A stretch of DNA of 64,000 nt from the human T2T-CHM13v2.0 reference genome, Homo sapiens: NCBI RefSeq assembly GCF_009914755.1, contig NC_060925.1; one strand, given 5' to 3'. Shown here piece after piece: positions 12,140 to 30,180 of the stretch. Below the pieces are notes generated by a model. It searched no databases. It was given only the letters and a program-made list of their open reading frames with translations, and was not told the origin of the DNA. The translations under genes and the position numbers were made by a program. Position 1 is the first letter of the stretch. Each line of letters opens with the position of its first letter.

Positions 12140-15100
12140 GCATCACTAATTACTTTAAACCTAAGTGGATTAAACTCTCCAACCAAAAGATAGAGATTAG
12201 CAGAAAAATGAGAAAATGGTCCAACTATCTGCTGTTTATAAGAAACTCACTTAAGAGCCAAAGACACAAATACATTGAAAGTAAAAGAATGAAAAAAAAT
12301 TCCATGCAAATGGTAACCAAAAGAGACCACTGATAGCTATACTAATATGAGATAAAACAGACTTTAAACTAAAAAAAAAAAATGAGATAAAGGACATTAT
12401 ATAATGATAAAAGTTTCAATACATCAAGAAGATACAATAATTACAAATATTTTTTGCATATAACAGGCCATCAAAACATATAAAGCAAAAATTGGAAGAA
12501 TAGAAGGGAGAAATAGTTAGTTCTACAATATTAGTTGAAGAATTCAATACCCCAAACTGAATAATGAATAGAATAACCAAACAGAAGATAAGTAAGGAAA
12601 CAGAGAATTTGAACACCATAAACCATCTAGATCTAACAGGCATATACAGAATATACTATACAACAGGAAAAAAATACACACTCTTCTCAGTAACACAGAG
12701 GACATTCTCCAGAAAAGATCATACTCTAGGTCACAAAACAAGTCTTAATAAATTTTAAAAGACTGAAATCATGCCAAGTATCTTTTCTTACCACAGTGGA
12801 TGAAACCGGAAATCAATGACAAAATTAAAACTGGAAAGTTCATAAATGGGTAGAAATTAAATAACACACTCTTGAAAAACTATGGGTCAAAGAAAAAATA
12901 AGAAAAATTAGAAAATATCTTTAGACAAATGAAATCAAAAGTACAAGATACCAAAACTTACGAGATATGGCAAAAAGCTGTACTAAGAGAGAAGTTTACA
13001 GAGATAAATGCTTACATTTAAAAACAACAAAAAAAAAGAATAAAGATCTCAAATCAGCAACCTAACTTTACAACTTAAGGAACTAAAAAAAAAGAGCAAA
13101 TTAAATCCAAAACTAGCAGGCAGAAAAAATAAAGATTAGAACAGATATAGATGAAATGAGAAAAGAAATATAATAGAGAAAAACAACTAAATCATAAGTT
13201 AGTTCCTCAAAAAGATCAACAAAATCGGCAAACCTTTAGGTGGATGGACTAAGAAAAAAGAAAGAAACAAGAGTCAAATTACTAACATCAGAAATGAAAG
13301 TGGGGACATAACTACTGATTCTATGGATATAAAAAGGATTATAAGAGAGTACAATACACTATATGCCAACAAATTGGTTACCCTGGATGAAATAGAAAAT
13401 TCCTAGAAACACAAAACCTACCAAGACTAAATTATGAAGAAATAGAAAATCTGAATAGTCTATAACTAATGAGGAGGTTGAATCAGTAATCAAGAATCTC
13501 CCAATTAAAAAAAAAAAAAGAAAAGCCCAGGATCTGATAGCTTCACTGCTAAATTCTATGATTTAAAAACTAACCCCACTACTTCTCAAACATTTCCAAA
13601 TAAACTTTTAAAATTTGATTCATCCTATGAGGCCAGTATATACCCTATGAGGCCTATGAGGCCCAATACCAAAGCCATACAAAGACACTACAAGAAAAGA
13701 AAATTACAGACCAATGTCTCTCATGAACACTAATACAAGAATCCTCCAAAAAAATGATAGCAAACTGAATTTATTAGGTTAAAAAGGTTATACACCATCC
13801 TCAAGTGATATTTATTCCTGGAATACAAGGAGGGTTCAACATTTTAAAAAATCAATCAGTGTAATACATAACATTAACAGAATGATGGCAAAAAACACAA
13901 ACATCGCAATTGATGCAGTAAAAGCATTTGACAAAAGTCAACAACCTTTCATGATAAAAGCACTCAACAAACTAGGAATACAAGAAAACTATCCTCAATA
14001 TGATAAAAATCGTATGTGAAAAACCTACAATGAACATCATACACAATAGTGAAAGACTAAAAGCTTTTTTCTCTAAGATTAGAAATAGGCAAGTATGCCC
14101 ACTTTCATCACTTCATTCAACGTAGTACTGGAAGTTCTAATCAGAGCAATTAGGTTAGAAAAAGAAATAAAAGCCATCCAATTTGGAAAGCAAGAAGTAA
14201 AATTATCCCTTTTTCAGATGATATGACTTTATATTTAGAAAATCCTAAAGACCCACCCCCCCCACACACACACAAAATGTTAGAATAAACAAATTCAGCA
14301 AAGTGGCAAGATGCAAAGTCAACACAAAAAAATCAGTTGCATTTCTATACCTATATGCTAACAATAATTAATCCGAAAAGGAAATTAAGGAAACAATGCC
14401 ATTAAAGCATCAAAAGAATAAAGCACTTAGGAATTAACCTAACCAAGAAGGTAAAAGACTTATGCAATGAAAACTATAACACATTTCTGAAACAAATTAA
14501 AGAAAACATAAATAAATGGAAAGATGTCCCACGTTCATGGGCTGGAAGACTTAATATTGTTAAGATGTCTATACTACCCAAAACAATTTACAGATTCAGT
14601 GCAATCCCTACCAAAATCCCAATGATGAATTTGCAGAAGTAGAAAAACCCATACTAAAATTCACATGGAATCTCAAGGGACCCCAAATAGCCAAAACAAT
14701 TCTGAAAAAGAAGAACAAAGCAGGAGGACTCACTTCTTGATTTCAAAACTTACTGCAAAACAAGAGTGATTAAAACAGTGTGCTACTAACATAAAGACAG
14801 AAATATACACCAGTGGAATAGAATAGAGAGCCAAGAAATAAACACTTAGGCATATGTGCTCAAATAATTTTTGACAACAGTGCAAAGACCATTCAATAGG
14901 GAAAAGACAGTTTTTTCAACAAATGAAGCTGGGAAAACTGAATATCTGCATGCAAAAGAATGACATTGGACCCTTAATTAACACCCTATTAAAAATTAAT
15001 TCAAAAAGGATCTATGACCTACATGTAACTCTTAAAATTATGAAACTTTAGAGAAGACGACACAGGGCAAAATCTTCTCGACAATGGATTTGGCATTGAT

Positions 15101-15390
15101 TTCTTAGACATGACATCAAAGGTACAGGCAACCAAAACACGACAAATTGGACTTCATGAAAATTTAAAACTTTGTGCATCAAAAGTAAAAAGGAGACTCA
15201 TAAAACGGAAGTAAACATTTGCAAATCATATATATAATAAGGGGTTCATATACAAACTATACAGAAAACTCCTAAAAATCAACAACAAAAAAAAACCTAA
15301 TTTGAAAATGAACAAAGAACTTGGACATTTCTCCAAAGAAGTTATACAAATGGCTACTAAGCACATGTAAAGATGCCCAGCATCACTAAA
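12140..15390 (+). mobile_element. Old L1M (L1MA/MB-like) ORF2 fragment
   Basis: Continuous decayed ORF2, from the endonuclease ('agtggattaaactctccaaccaaaaga') through RT ('ttttcagatgatatga') to the C-terminal region; ends abruptly at ~15390. Confidence 0.85.
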
Positions 15391-15880
15391 GAGGAGTCCA
15401 GATGGTTTGGACTTCTAGCAACAACCAAAAAAAAAAAAATCTCACCAATAAAGAGCTTTACAGTCTTCAGACCTAACTCCTAAAATTCAATAGGAGTTAT
15501 ATCTGAAGACTGCTAAGCATTGACAGAAAATAAATAAAATAATTTTTTTCTCTTGATATTCTGAAACTTCCATCTAAATAGTTTAAAAATAATCAAGTCA
15601 AGACTGGCCTAGAGAAGGAAGGTATTCCTAATTTAGATGAGGTTCTAAAACAATCAGCTGAAGTGTACACCCATGGATCAAAGTCTGACTTCCCCTAGAC
15701 CTTGGTGTGGATGTCAGAAAGAGAATAGCTCTGGGGCTCTTATCTGTGCCTGTCGTTTGGAGACGACCCTGAAGCACACTGCCCTGGGCAGAGAAACCCC
15801 TAAGAAAAGAGATGTTCCTTTACTTCTGCACAAAGGCTAACATGGCGCCTGACGTTGTGTGCTGGTTCCATAAATTTTGA

Positions 15881-16254
<374 letters not shown>

Positions 16255-16444
16255 GGAAAGTGGCTATTTTAAGAAGATTGAGAACATGTTTCGTTGGGTC
16301 GCATTATTCTGCGTGACGAGGCTCACAGAGGAGAACCCCACCCTTACTCCAAAGGCCTTTGAAAGCAGCTCTGGAAAGGGCAGGGTTTGCTTCTCCCTCT
16401 GCCCAACGTCTCCCCAGGCTGCCTGTGCCACCTTCCGGTCTCAC

Positions 16445-16627
16445 CTCCTCGGAGTTGGGGTCAAACGCGGAGCTCCAGTTTCTCAGCCCCTCCTGGAGCT
16501 CAATGATGTCCACCACGCCGTCCCCATTGCAATCCAGGTCTTCGAAGAGGATCCCGTAGCGTAAGTAGTCATCGTTATCCTGGCAGGCCACCGCCTCCAG
16601 CACGAAGCCCTGCATCCAGAGCAGCAT
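16445..16627 (-). pseudogene. SLC25A24P2: SLC25A24-like (SCaMC-1-like) pseudogene, coding part of exon 1 (EF-hand 1)
   Basis: gccATG at 16627, then 183 nt = 61 codons ([61 protein letters not shown]), then a GTGAGA donor. Homologous to SLC25A24 MLRWLRDFVLPTAACQ...[20 protein letters not shown]. Confidence 0.88.
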
Positions 16628-16874
16628 GGCTGGGTCCAGAGGCTGCGGGGACCACTCGGCCACCCAGCCAGCACCGCAGCACTCGCCGCCGCCTCCTCGA
16701 CGCCTGGCTGCGCAAGGCAGGGGGTCCCGGCCGTCCGCCAGCTTCTGCAACTGTCTAGCGGAGCCGCCGCAGTTCGGAGCCCACGCGGGCCAAGCCACCC
16801 GCGCCTGCGGGCTCTTGGGCGCCACGGAAAGGCTGCGCCACCTTGTGGGACCTCTGGCCGAGGCGCCACGCGAC

Positions 16875-16931
16875 AGTTGAGACGCCAGATGTGAGTTGAG
16901 GTGCCAGACGTGAGTTGAGGTGCCAGACGTG
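16875..16931. repeat. 19-bp tandem repeat x3 in the CpG island
   Basis: agttgagacgccagatgtg / agttgaggtgccagacgtg / agttgaggtgccagacgtg. Confidence 0.9.
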
Positions 16932-19367
16932 GCGGCGTTGGGTACCCAGGACCCTCGGACGGGTAGGTCGACGGGGGAACCAAGGGACGTTTGGGGAAAG
17001 GGAGCGCATTCCCCAGCAGGCTTGAAAGGGCACTCGCGGGTGTTTAAGATTCTCGCGGTACAGACTCAGTTCCTGCCGGAAGTCACTGCTGCGGGAGATG
17101 TGGCATGGAGTGAGCTGCTCAGACTCGCTCTTATGCCAGCATCCAGTACTCTGGTGCCACCCTTCCTCCCAGGACGACCTGCACCTGGGGGTCAGGACCC
17201 CGGCGACCCCCAAAAGAGGTCTAAAGAGGGAAGGCCTCCTGAGGAGCCTCTGCCCTGTCCCTGTCTCTTCCCTCCTTACCGGCCTAGCCCATGTTGGCAA
17301 ACCTATTTTGGCCATACTGGGATTAGACTTTTCATGTTCTTATATGACCTTTTTCCAGTTAATTGGATTGGGTGCAGAAATACTTCTATCTCTATTAATA
17401 AAAGAAAAATAAAAATAAATAATAACTAAAGGGAAGATACATACAGATTAAAATTAGAACATGTCTCCAAATCCAGAAATATGAAACACACATCATAACA
17501 GTTCCAATTTATATGCCACATTTCTATTCATAAATTTTGTTCTAAAATAAAGAGAAAAAATAAATAGCAAAATACTTTAAAGTAGATCTGAAGCATTCAA
17601 AGTATTTTTTGGTATGCATTTATTTTAAATCAATCTCTGATTTTTATTATCTATAGGGCTATTAAGGGATCCAGTTGCCGTTTATTTTTCCTCTATATTT
17701 TAGAAGTTCGTATAAACAAATTTAATTTCTAATTCCTTGTTAATTATGAGGCATGATAACACATACTAATTTATCAAGATGTGCTTTATATTAGTCACAT
17801 TTATGTGAACTTTAGGAGTTGATTATATTTAAGTTTCAAATCTTTCTAGTAATCCTATTAAGAAAAAAAGGGAGAATCTAACTAAAAATTGACTTTGGTT
17901 ACTCAAATTTATGTTAATTGTGCATTTATATTCATTTCAATTTTTAGAAAATTTAACAACTTAATCCCATCATTAATCATTTATTAAGTACCCTATCCCA
18001 ACCTGAGAAAATTAAATTTCTCTAATTTCACAGCAAATTCAAACATGGCATTTAACAAGAGGGAAAAAATGGTATCAAATATTCTTCTGAATTTTAACAC
18101 TTTACAGTGAGAGCAGATTTTAACTACATTTTAATAACCTTGAGAAGTATGTTACAACCCCAAATATTAAAGTAACTCAAAATCTTTAATTTATAAAATG
18201 GCAGAAATATCTGTGTCCTGAAAAACTGGAAAAATGGACTGATCTAATGTATTACTAGTTGTTTGGTATATTATAAATTATATAATTATAGTTACATTTA
18301 TTAAATCACAATTTTAGAACCCATCTAATCTTTATAATGTAGCTATACATAGACATCTTAAAATATCTTTGGCCTAGTCTCTTTCAACATAAATTGAAAA
18401 GATAGAGGCAAAAAAAGTAGGGATGGATGAGAATACTATTCATCCTTCATGTAAGTTTAAGACTGTAAAGGGAAGTTCCAGTCAGCCTTTGTTCTAGTAG
18501 ATCGGAGCTTGAAAGTAAAGTATAAAGTACATAGAGAAAAAAAGAAAAACTCAGTCTTTTTTAACACAGATTTAAGTATAAGAGCTCACACATTTTTCTG
18601 AATTACTTTGGTCACGTTGGTGATTTCGTGTAATGTTTAAATATTAAAAAAAAAAGCAAGCGTAGCTAAAAATGTCTGTATCTCTAAATAAGAGTGCTCA
18701 GAAAAGGAATAAGAGGTCACCATTATTCCATTGACAACACTGGTAGGAGACTGAGGTATTCTGATGCCATGAAATTCTGTTTAGGACTTTCTATTTTGTT
18801 TTGTCTATTTTAGAGAAAGAAAAGGAGCCCAAACTTGACTGTTTTGCTATGAATTATAGTTTTAAATGCGTGAGTTTTCTATTAGTGCTTTCAAACATTT
18901 TAAATGTTCGCATATGGCAAGGAGAGGTGAAAAAATAAAAATAAATTTAAAATGCACATAAAGCACTAAAATGTTAGCTTTTTAAAATACAAAGTAGAGA
19001 ATTCAGGAAAACTTCAAAATATTCCAACTGTTTAATATGAAATACTAGGTTAATTATATACTTAGGTTATATTCTGTATTATAAATTGCATTCTAATCCA
19101 CTTAAATGCAAATTTCTATGACTGTTCATTAAAATTTGGAGAAATATAAATAGATTTTATGAATGTTGAAGATTTTAATTCACCAATAAATTAATAAACT
19201 GTTTCTTGTTTACTTAAAATTCAATATTTAATTTGTAAGTTTACCTCTTGGGAAAATGGATATAGCATCTTTTCATACAGACCTTTTGCAAATTAAGGAA
19301 AAAGCCAAGACATTTTCATGTTTATAAACAAGTGTCCAGATAATGACGGTTCAAGATTTCATTTCTG

Positions 19368-19661
<294 letters not shown>

Positions 19662-20149
19662 TCAAGATTTCGTTTGTAAAATATTCCCCAAGAGCGGTTT
19701 TGCTGATTCATAAACCACACAGTTTACAACACACTGAAGTAAGAAACTTTATGAAATATGGAGTCATGCCTCTGGAAAATCCTGTCACTCCACTCCTTTT
19801 ATAAATTTAAGAAAATAAGCTGATCATATTTAGCTGTGGGACTCATATCATGGCTAGAGAATTCAAGGAAAGGGAAAAGTCCAATTAATTTGATATTTTA
19901 GCTTTCTTTTAAATAGTAAGCTAAAACTTGCTAAAACAGATAATAAAATAAAATTAATTAAATTACTTCACAAGGATCCCCAAGGGAAAATCTCTGGTTA
20001 ATTACACTTTATAGTCGGAGGCTCTCATGGAACTATGTGATGATCATCACTATTTAATTTTCATTCCTTTTAGGAACAAAGTCAGTCCACTAATGGTGAA
20101 ATCTACTTATAATTATTGTGGAGTTACAATTTTAAAAATTCTCTAGGCA

Positions 20150-21015
20150 TACACAGATACCTTCATTCAACCTCTCATGTCTTAAGAACATCTCAAATTC
20201 AGAAACAAAAAAAAATATGTTTCTCATTCCATGTTTCACTTTTCAGGGAATGGCTGCACCATTCATATAGCTTCTGAAACTGAAAACCTGGAATGTATCC
20301 ATGACATTTCCCTCTCCTTCATCTTACACATCTAAACCATCACCTACCAGTTTCACTCTCCAAGTTTCTCTCAAATCCATCCACTTATCTTCATGTCCAC
20401 TGCCACACCTTCTGTCTCCAAACTACCATCATCTCTTGCCTAGACTGTTGTGATTACCCTCCTCTTTCCATTTTTTTCTCTATCCTTTAACCAGAGTAAA
20501 CTTCCAACAATGCAAATCTGATACTTTCCTTCTTCAGTAATTTCCCATTATGCTTAAAGACAGTATCATCTGACCTCTGTTTCCTCCTCCCAACTCACCT
20601 GTACCACTCTTGCTTTCTGTACTCCAGCCATACAAGCTACTTTTCAGTTTCTCAAAGTGTCCCATTCTTCTTCCTTCTTCAGGCTCATTACACATGCTTT
20701 CCCCTTTGCATGAAAGTCATTCCCTGTTCTTTGCTCATTTAACTCCACCTCAGTCTTCAGCTCTCAGTTCAGTATTTTTCTCTGTTCATATATTTTTTAA
20801 GAAACTCTTTCCAGAACTTCCTCATTTCCCCTATTAATGGCCCTCAGAGAACCCTATTTTTCCTCTGTAGCTATAATCGCAGTTTATAACTATATATTTG
20901 TATAAATGTTTAATTAATTTCTGTCTTCCCTACTAGACTATCAATTCTATAACAGCAGGGTCTCTGTTTGCTCACCCGAACCCCATGTGTTTGGCACATT
21001 GCACAGTACCTGGCT
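20150..21015 (+). mobile_element. L2 fragment
   Basis: Pyrimidine-rich L2 3' motifs ('aaatccatccacttatct', 'ccatcatctcttgcctagact', 'ctgtcttccctactagact', 'gcacagtacctggc'). Confidence 0.7.
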
Positions 21016-21729
21016 ACCTTAAATTCTCAAATTACAATAGCTAGTATTTTTCTTTCTAATCTTTATATTTTGCTAGCATTTTTCTCTCTAATCTTTATAT
21101 TATATTCCCAAAATTGATGTAGCTAAATAGAGTGAAATCAATAGACAATTGAAAAGTAAGTCTTTCACTGTTTTAGTCTAAACATTCTGTTCCCCCCTCC
21201 CACCCACCCCTACAAGAAATTAAATAACTCCTTTAAAATGTAGAGAAGATCCCTTGAAAATTTAGAAAATATTTACTTGCCACGGAATTTCTTGGAAAAT
21301 GTTCTATTGCTATATGCGTCTTTTTGCTTTTTAATCAGAAACTAGTAACATCCCCTCCAGTTTTTATAGTTTTGTAATTAAATTGGAAACTTTCTTACTT
21401 TTTTCTAATGTTGAACTTACTTTGCCCATTGATTTTCTCCCAACTTATTATGAAAACTGTAAACTCTAAAAAGGATGGCACAATGAACATTTATATATTC
21501 ACCACCTATAAAATTTAACATTTTGCCATAATTACATTTTGTCTCTCTCCATTCTACTTAAACATATATATAAATGTGTGTGTGTCTATCTGAGCCATTT
21601 GAAAGTAAGTTACAGATATGATGACACTTAACCATAAAGTACTTGGACATATCCTAAAAACAAGGAGATTAGCTTACATAACCACAATGCCATAATTATA
21701 TTTTAGAAATTTAAAAATAATTCTCTATT

Positions 21730-21850
21730 ACTTGAGATGCTAAGGCAGGAGGATCACTTGAGCTCCGGAGTTTGAAGCCAGCCTGGGCAACATAGCAAAG
21801 CCCTGTCTCTTTAAAAATAAATAAATAAATAAATAAACAAACAAACAAAT
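21730..21850 (+). mobile_element. FLAM/AluJ monomer fragment with (AAAT)n(AAAC)n tail
   Basis: 'aggcaggaggatcacttgagc...ccagcctgggcaacatagcaaa'. Confidence 0.8.
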
Positions 21851-23038
21851 AACCTCTATACCATCAATACTTATTCTATATTCAAATTTTCCCAATTGTC
21901 CCCAAAATGCCATTTACAGATTTTTTCAAACTAATATCCAAATAAATTTACCCATTGCCCTTACTATGTTTATTCTCTTAATCAAGACTAGTAACAGTCC
22001 ACCACCAACACTGTTTTTTCCACAACAATGACTTTTTGAAGAACCCAGCTCAACTGTCTTGTAGAATATTCCACAATCATGATTTGTTTGATTGTTTCTT
22101 AATGGTATTGTTTAACTTGTTCCTCCATCACCTGTATTTTCTACAGTTCTAAAGACATGGTCAGATTCTAGTAAAAAAATCTGGGCAAAAATACTTCATA
22201 GGAGAGGCTATGAAATTTGCTGTCTCCTCAGTTTAATAACATCTTTGTTTTCTTTCTAAAATATTTACCATCTGTCCTGTAACTTGGACCCTATTCACCT
22301 AAGCTGAAATTTGTTAAATATCTAAGAAAAAAAAACAGGGTGAATGAAGTTCTTATGTCAATGTACTTTTCTTCTCTCTCTTTGTTTTTCTTGCATTGTT
22401 TGCTCTCCCATTGTTTGTTCTCCCATAACTTGAAGCAGTGACTTTCTTCCTTATTACTAGCAATAAGGAAGGACATCTTATAATAATAAAAGGGTCAATC
22501 CTAAATTTATGTGCACATAATAATATAGCTTCAAAATACATAATGCTAAAGTGGCAAACGTAGAGGAGTAATAGGGAAATCCACAATCATGGTTAGAGAT
22601 TTAAACATACCTTTTTCAGTAGCCAGTAAGACAAGCAGACAAAAAAATTAATAGGAATCTAAAACATTTGAATAACACATTTAACTAATTGATCTTATAG
22701 AACACATATATAGAACACAAAATACAACTTCAAAATCCATTTATTTGAAAGAACAGAAATCATACAAAGCACATTCTGATGGCAGTGCAATTAAAACAGG
22801 AGTTCACCGTCAGGAAGGTAATTGGAAAAATCCCCAAATGTTTGTAAATTCAGCAATATATTTCTACATAACTGATGGGTGAAGAAGAAATCACAATGGA
22901 AACTGGACATTTTGAAATAAACAATAATGAAAACATTACATATCAAAATTTATTGAGTGTAGGGAAAGCAGAACTTAGAGGGAAATTAAAACTTTAAATT
23001 AATATACTAGAAAAGAAAAAAAAAGTCAATTATTTAAG

Positions 23039-23250
23039 ACAGGGATTGGCAACCTTTTTCTGTTACTGTCCAGATAATAAATATTTTAGGCTCCGCAGGC
23101 CATGTGATCTCTCGCAGTTACTCAACTCTGCCCTTGTAGCCATAGACAATACAAAAACAAATGGAAGTGGCTGTGTTACAATTAAATTCAATTTACAGAA
23201 ATAGGTGGCAGGTCAGATTTGGCCCTCAGGCCAAAGTTTGCCAACCCATG
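23039..23250. mobile_element. MER58A-like hAT-Charlie MITE
   Basis: TIR-like ends 'cagggattggcaac' and 'tttgccaacccatg' with a MER58-type interior. Confidence 0.75.
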
Positions 23251-23343
23251 ACCTAAACTTCAAACCCAGGAAACTAAACAGGAAAATAAACAGAAAGAAA
23301 GGAGGATGAAATAGTAAAGATAGGAGTAGAAACTAATGAAACA

Positions 23344-23514
23344 GGCCAGGTATGGTGGCTCACACATGTAGTCCCAGCAATTTGGGAGGCTGGGCAGGCA
23401 GATCACTTGAGGTCAGGAGTTCAAGACCAGTCTGGTCAACAAGGTAAAAAATCAGCCAGGCATGGTAGTGCATGCCTGTAGTCACAGCTACTTGGGAGGC
23501 TGAGGTACATGAAT
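23344..23514 (+). mobile_element. Alu, internally deleted and 3'-truncated
   Basis: Alu runs to '...gaggctgaggtacatgaatc' and then joins antisense L1 directly. Confidence 0.85.
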
Positions 23515-28234
<4,720 letters not shown>

Positions 28235-28879
28235 GAGGTAAGTTTAATAAGTCTTCTAAATTTGTCCTTGCCATAATGATCAGTGATGATCTGTCTTTTA
28301 ATAAGTTAAATGCTTTCCAGACTTCAAGACTCTCACCCACATCAAAAATAAAATTATATATCGGCCATATTACCAGGATTTTAGAATGTTGTATTTTATC
28401 CTCTAATTATAGGTCAAATAACTAAGGTAGAAAGGAGTAAAGCAACTTCCATGTATGTAGTGAGGATGTTGGGGGGTCTGGGACTAAAATTCTGCCTTGG
28501 GATTCCCAAGAGGTTGGTGATTATGATTTTTGTACTCTTAGACACAAAATAAAATAACATTCTGTTTTGTTCCTCTGCTTACCCTATTCAGTTCTCTAAA
28601 CTACAAAATCTCTGCTTATCAAAATAAGTTGGATTGTCAATTTGTTGAGCTCAGCAAATGCATTTCCTGAGCCCTTGTGAGTAAAGCTCTGTGCTGGTTA
28701 CACTGCGTAACTAGTGATACAGAGGATGAGTAGAGCATTCTTTCCTGAAAAGAGCTTAAGATTTCTGTGCCCAGGTCAGCTTGGGTTGCCTGTAAGTGAG
28801 AAAATTGACAGCCAACACCCACAGGCTTATTCTGATAAAATGGGAGATGATAATAAATGGTGGGGTTTTTTTCTTTTTC

Positions 28880-29008
28880 TATTTTCTTTTTTTTCGAGAT
28901 GATGTCTTGCCACGTTCCCCAGGCTGGTCTTACCTCCTGGGCTCAGGCATTCTTCCCTCCTTGGCCTCCCACAGTGCTGGGATTACAGCGTGAGCCACAC
29001 ACCTGGCC
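28880..29008 (-). mobile_element. FLAM-type Alu monomer
   Basis: 'caggctggtct...ctcctgggctcagg...ttggcctcccacagtgctgggattaca...cacctggcc'. Confidence 0.8.
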
Positions 29009-30049
29009 TTGTGAATGGTGGTTCTGTCAAGACTGGGCTTTCAACCTCCCAAGGATTCTGGTCAAACAGCCTCAGGAGAATCTTCTGCAGAGAGTGTCTG
29101 CCTGCCAACTGTCAGAGCTGAGTGTCACAGAATCTTGGCATGGGTCTCCTCCCTCTGTTCCATTTCACAGATTACATGTTGTTAGTAGGAACATCACCAG
29201 AAGGAGCATGAGGATGTTCCTTCTAAGAACTAGGAAAGATATAATAATGCTGCTGGCTGGGCTATTTTAAAAAAGTAATCAAGGGCCTTCTCAGAAAGTG
29301 ATTTTAGGAACTATAATGCATAGATGGGATCAATTATAGTGTAAGAACTGAAAAATTATTGCACTGAACAGCACCTAACAGCTTCTGGAGAAAACATATT
29401 TCCCAACTGACCCTGATGATGGACTTAAATACCAAAAAACAGAGAGAACCACTAACTTCCATTGTCTTGCAGAAACAGGAGAACCTTAATGCACTTAAAG
29501 CTGGAAAAATGTCTCTGCCTCTAAGGCCATGCAGTGAAACAGATTGCATGGTAGGTGACATAGGCAGGGGCAGAATGGAGTTTATGACAATGGCCATAAG
29601 ATGATGAAAAAAATTATTTGGGGCCTTTGAAGCAGCAGATGAGCTGGCTCAGAGGAAAGTTGCACAACTGTAGAAAAACAACTTTTGCAAAATTTTCCTC
29701 CACTCAGTGGGCACTACATACTTATTCTAGGATTTGCATTCATTCTTTCACAGACTGTTTACTTATTGGCTTGGGCCTACAATGACTTTTCTGAGAGAGG
29801 TGAGGGATTAGCACAACAGCACACACACGCCTGAAAGAAATAGTGAATTTCTAATTTTCAGATTTTAGTCTCTGACCTAACCAAAGAATTGACCATTGTA
29901 GATTTTATCTATTAATAATATTAATGATGCTCACAAATATGAAGATTTAAGTACATCTTATGATAATAAGAGATGCTTTCAAAAAAAAAGAAATGGTAGA
30001 ACTGTAGTCCAGGGATGTTAATAAAAGTGGCAAATAACATTACATCATC

Positions 30050-30180
30050 TTTTTTAAAAAAGAAGATGAGGTCTCACTGTGTTGTCCAGGCTCATCTCAA
30101 ACTCCCAGACTCCAGTGATCCTCCTGCCTCAGCCTCCCAAAATGCTGGAATCACAAGCTTGAGCCATCACCTTCAGCCCA
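30050..30180 (-). mobile_element. FLAM-type Alu monomer
   Basis: 'gtctcactgtgttgtccaggct...gatcctcctgcctcagcctcccaaaatgctgg'. Confidence 0.8.

Noticed and set aside
16875-16931. Short repeat array as CRISPR-like
   Set aside because: Units are contiguous with no unique spacers, there are no cas genes, and the context is eukaryotic.
16304-17429. Overlapping 100-186 aa ORFs on both strands of the CpG island, including an N-terminal extension of exon 1
   Set aside because: Expected from stop-codon scarcity in GC-rich DNA. Only 16445-16627 has homology, a Kozak ATG and a splice donor.
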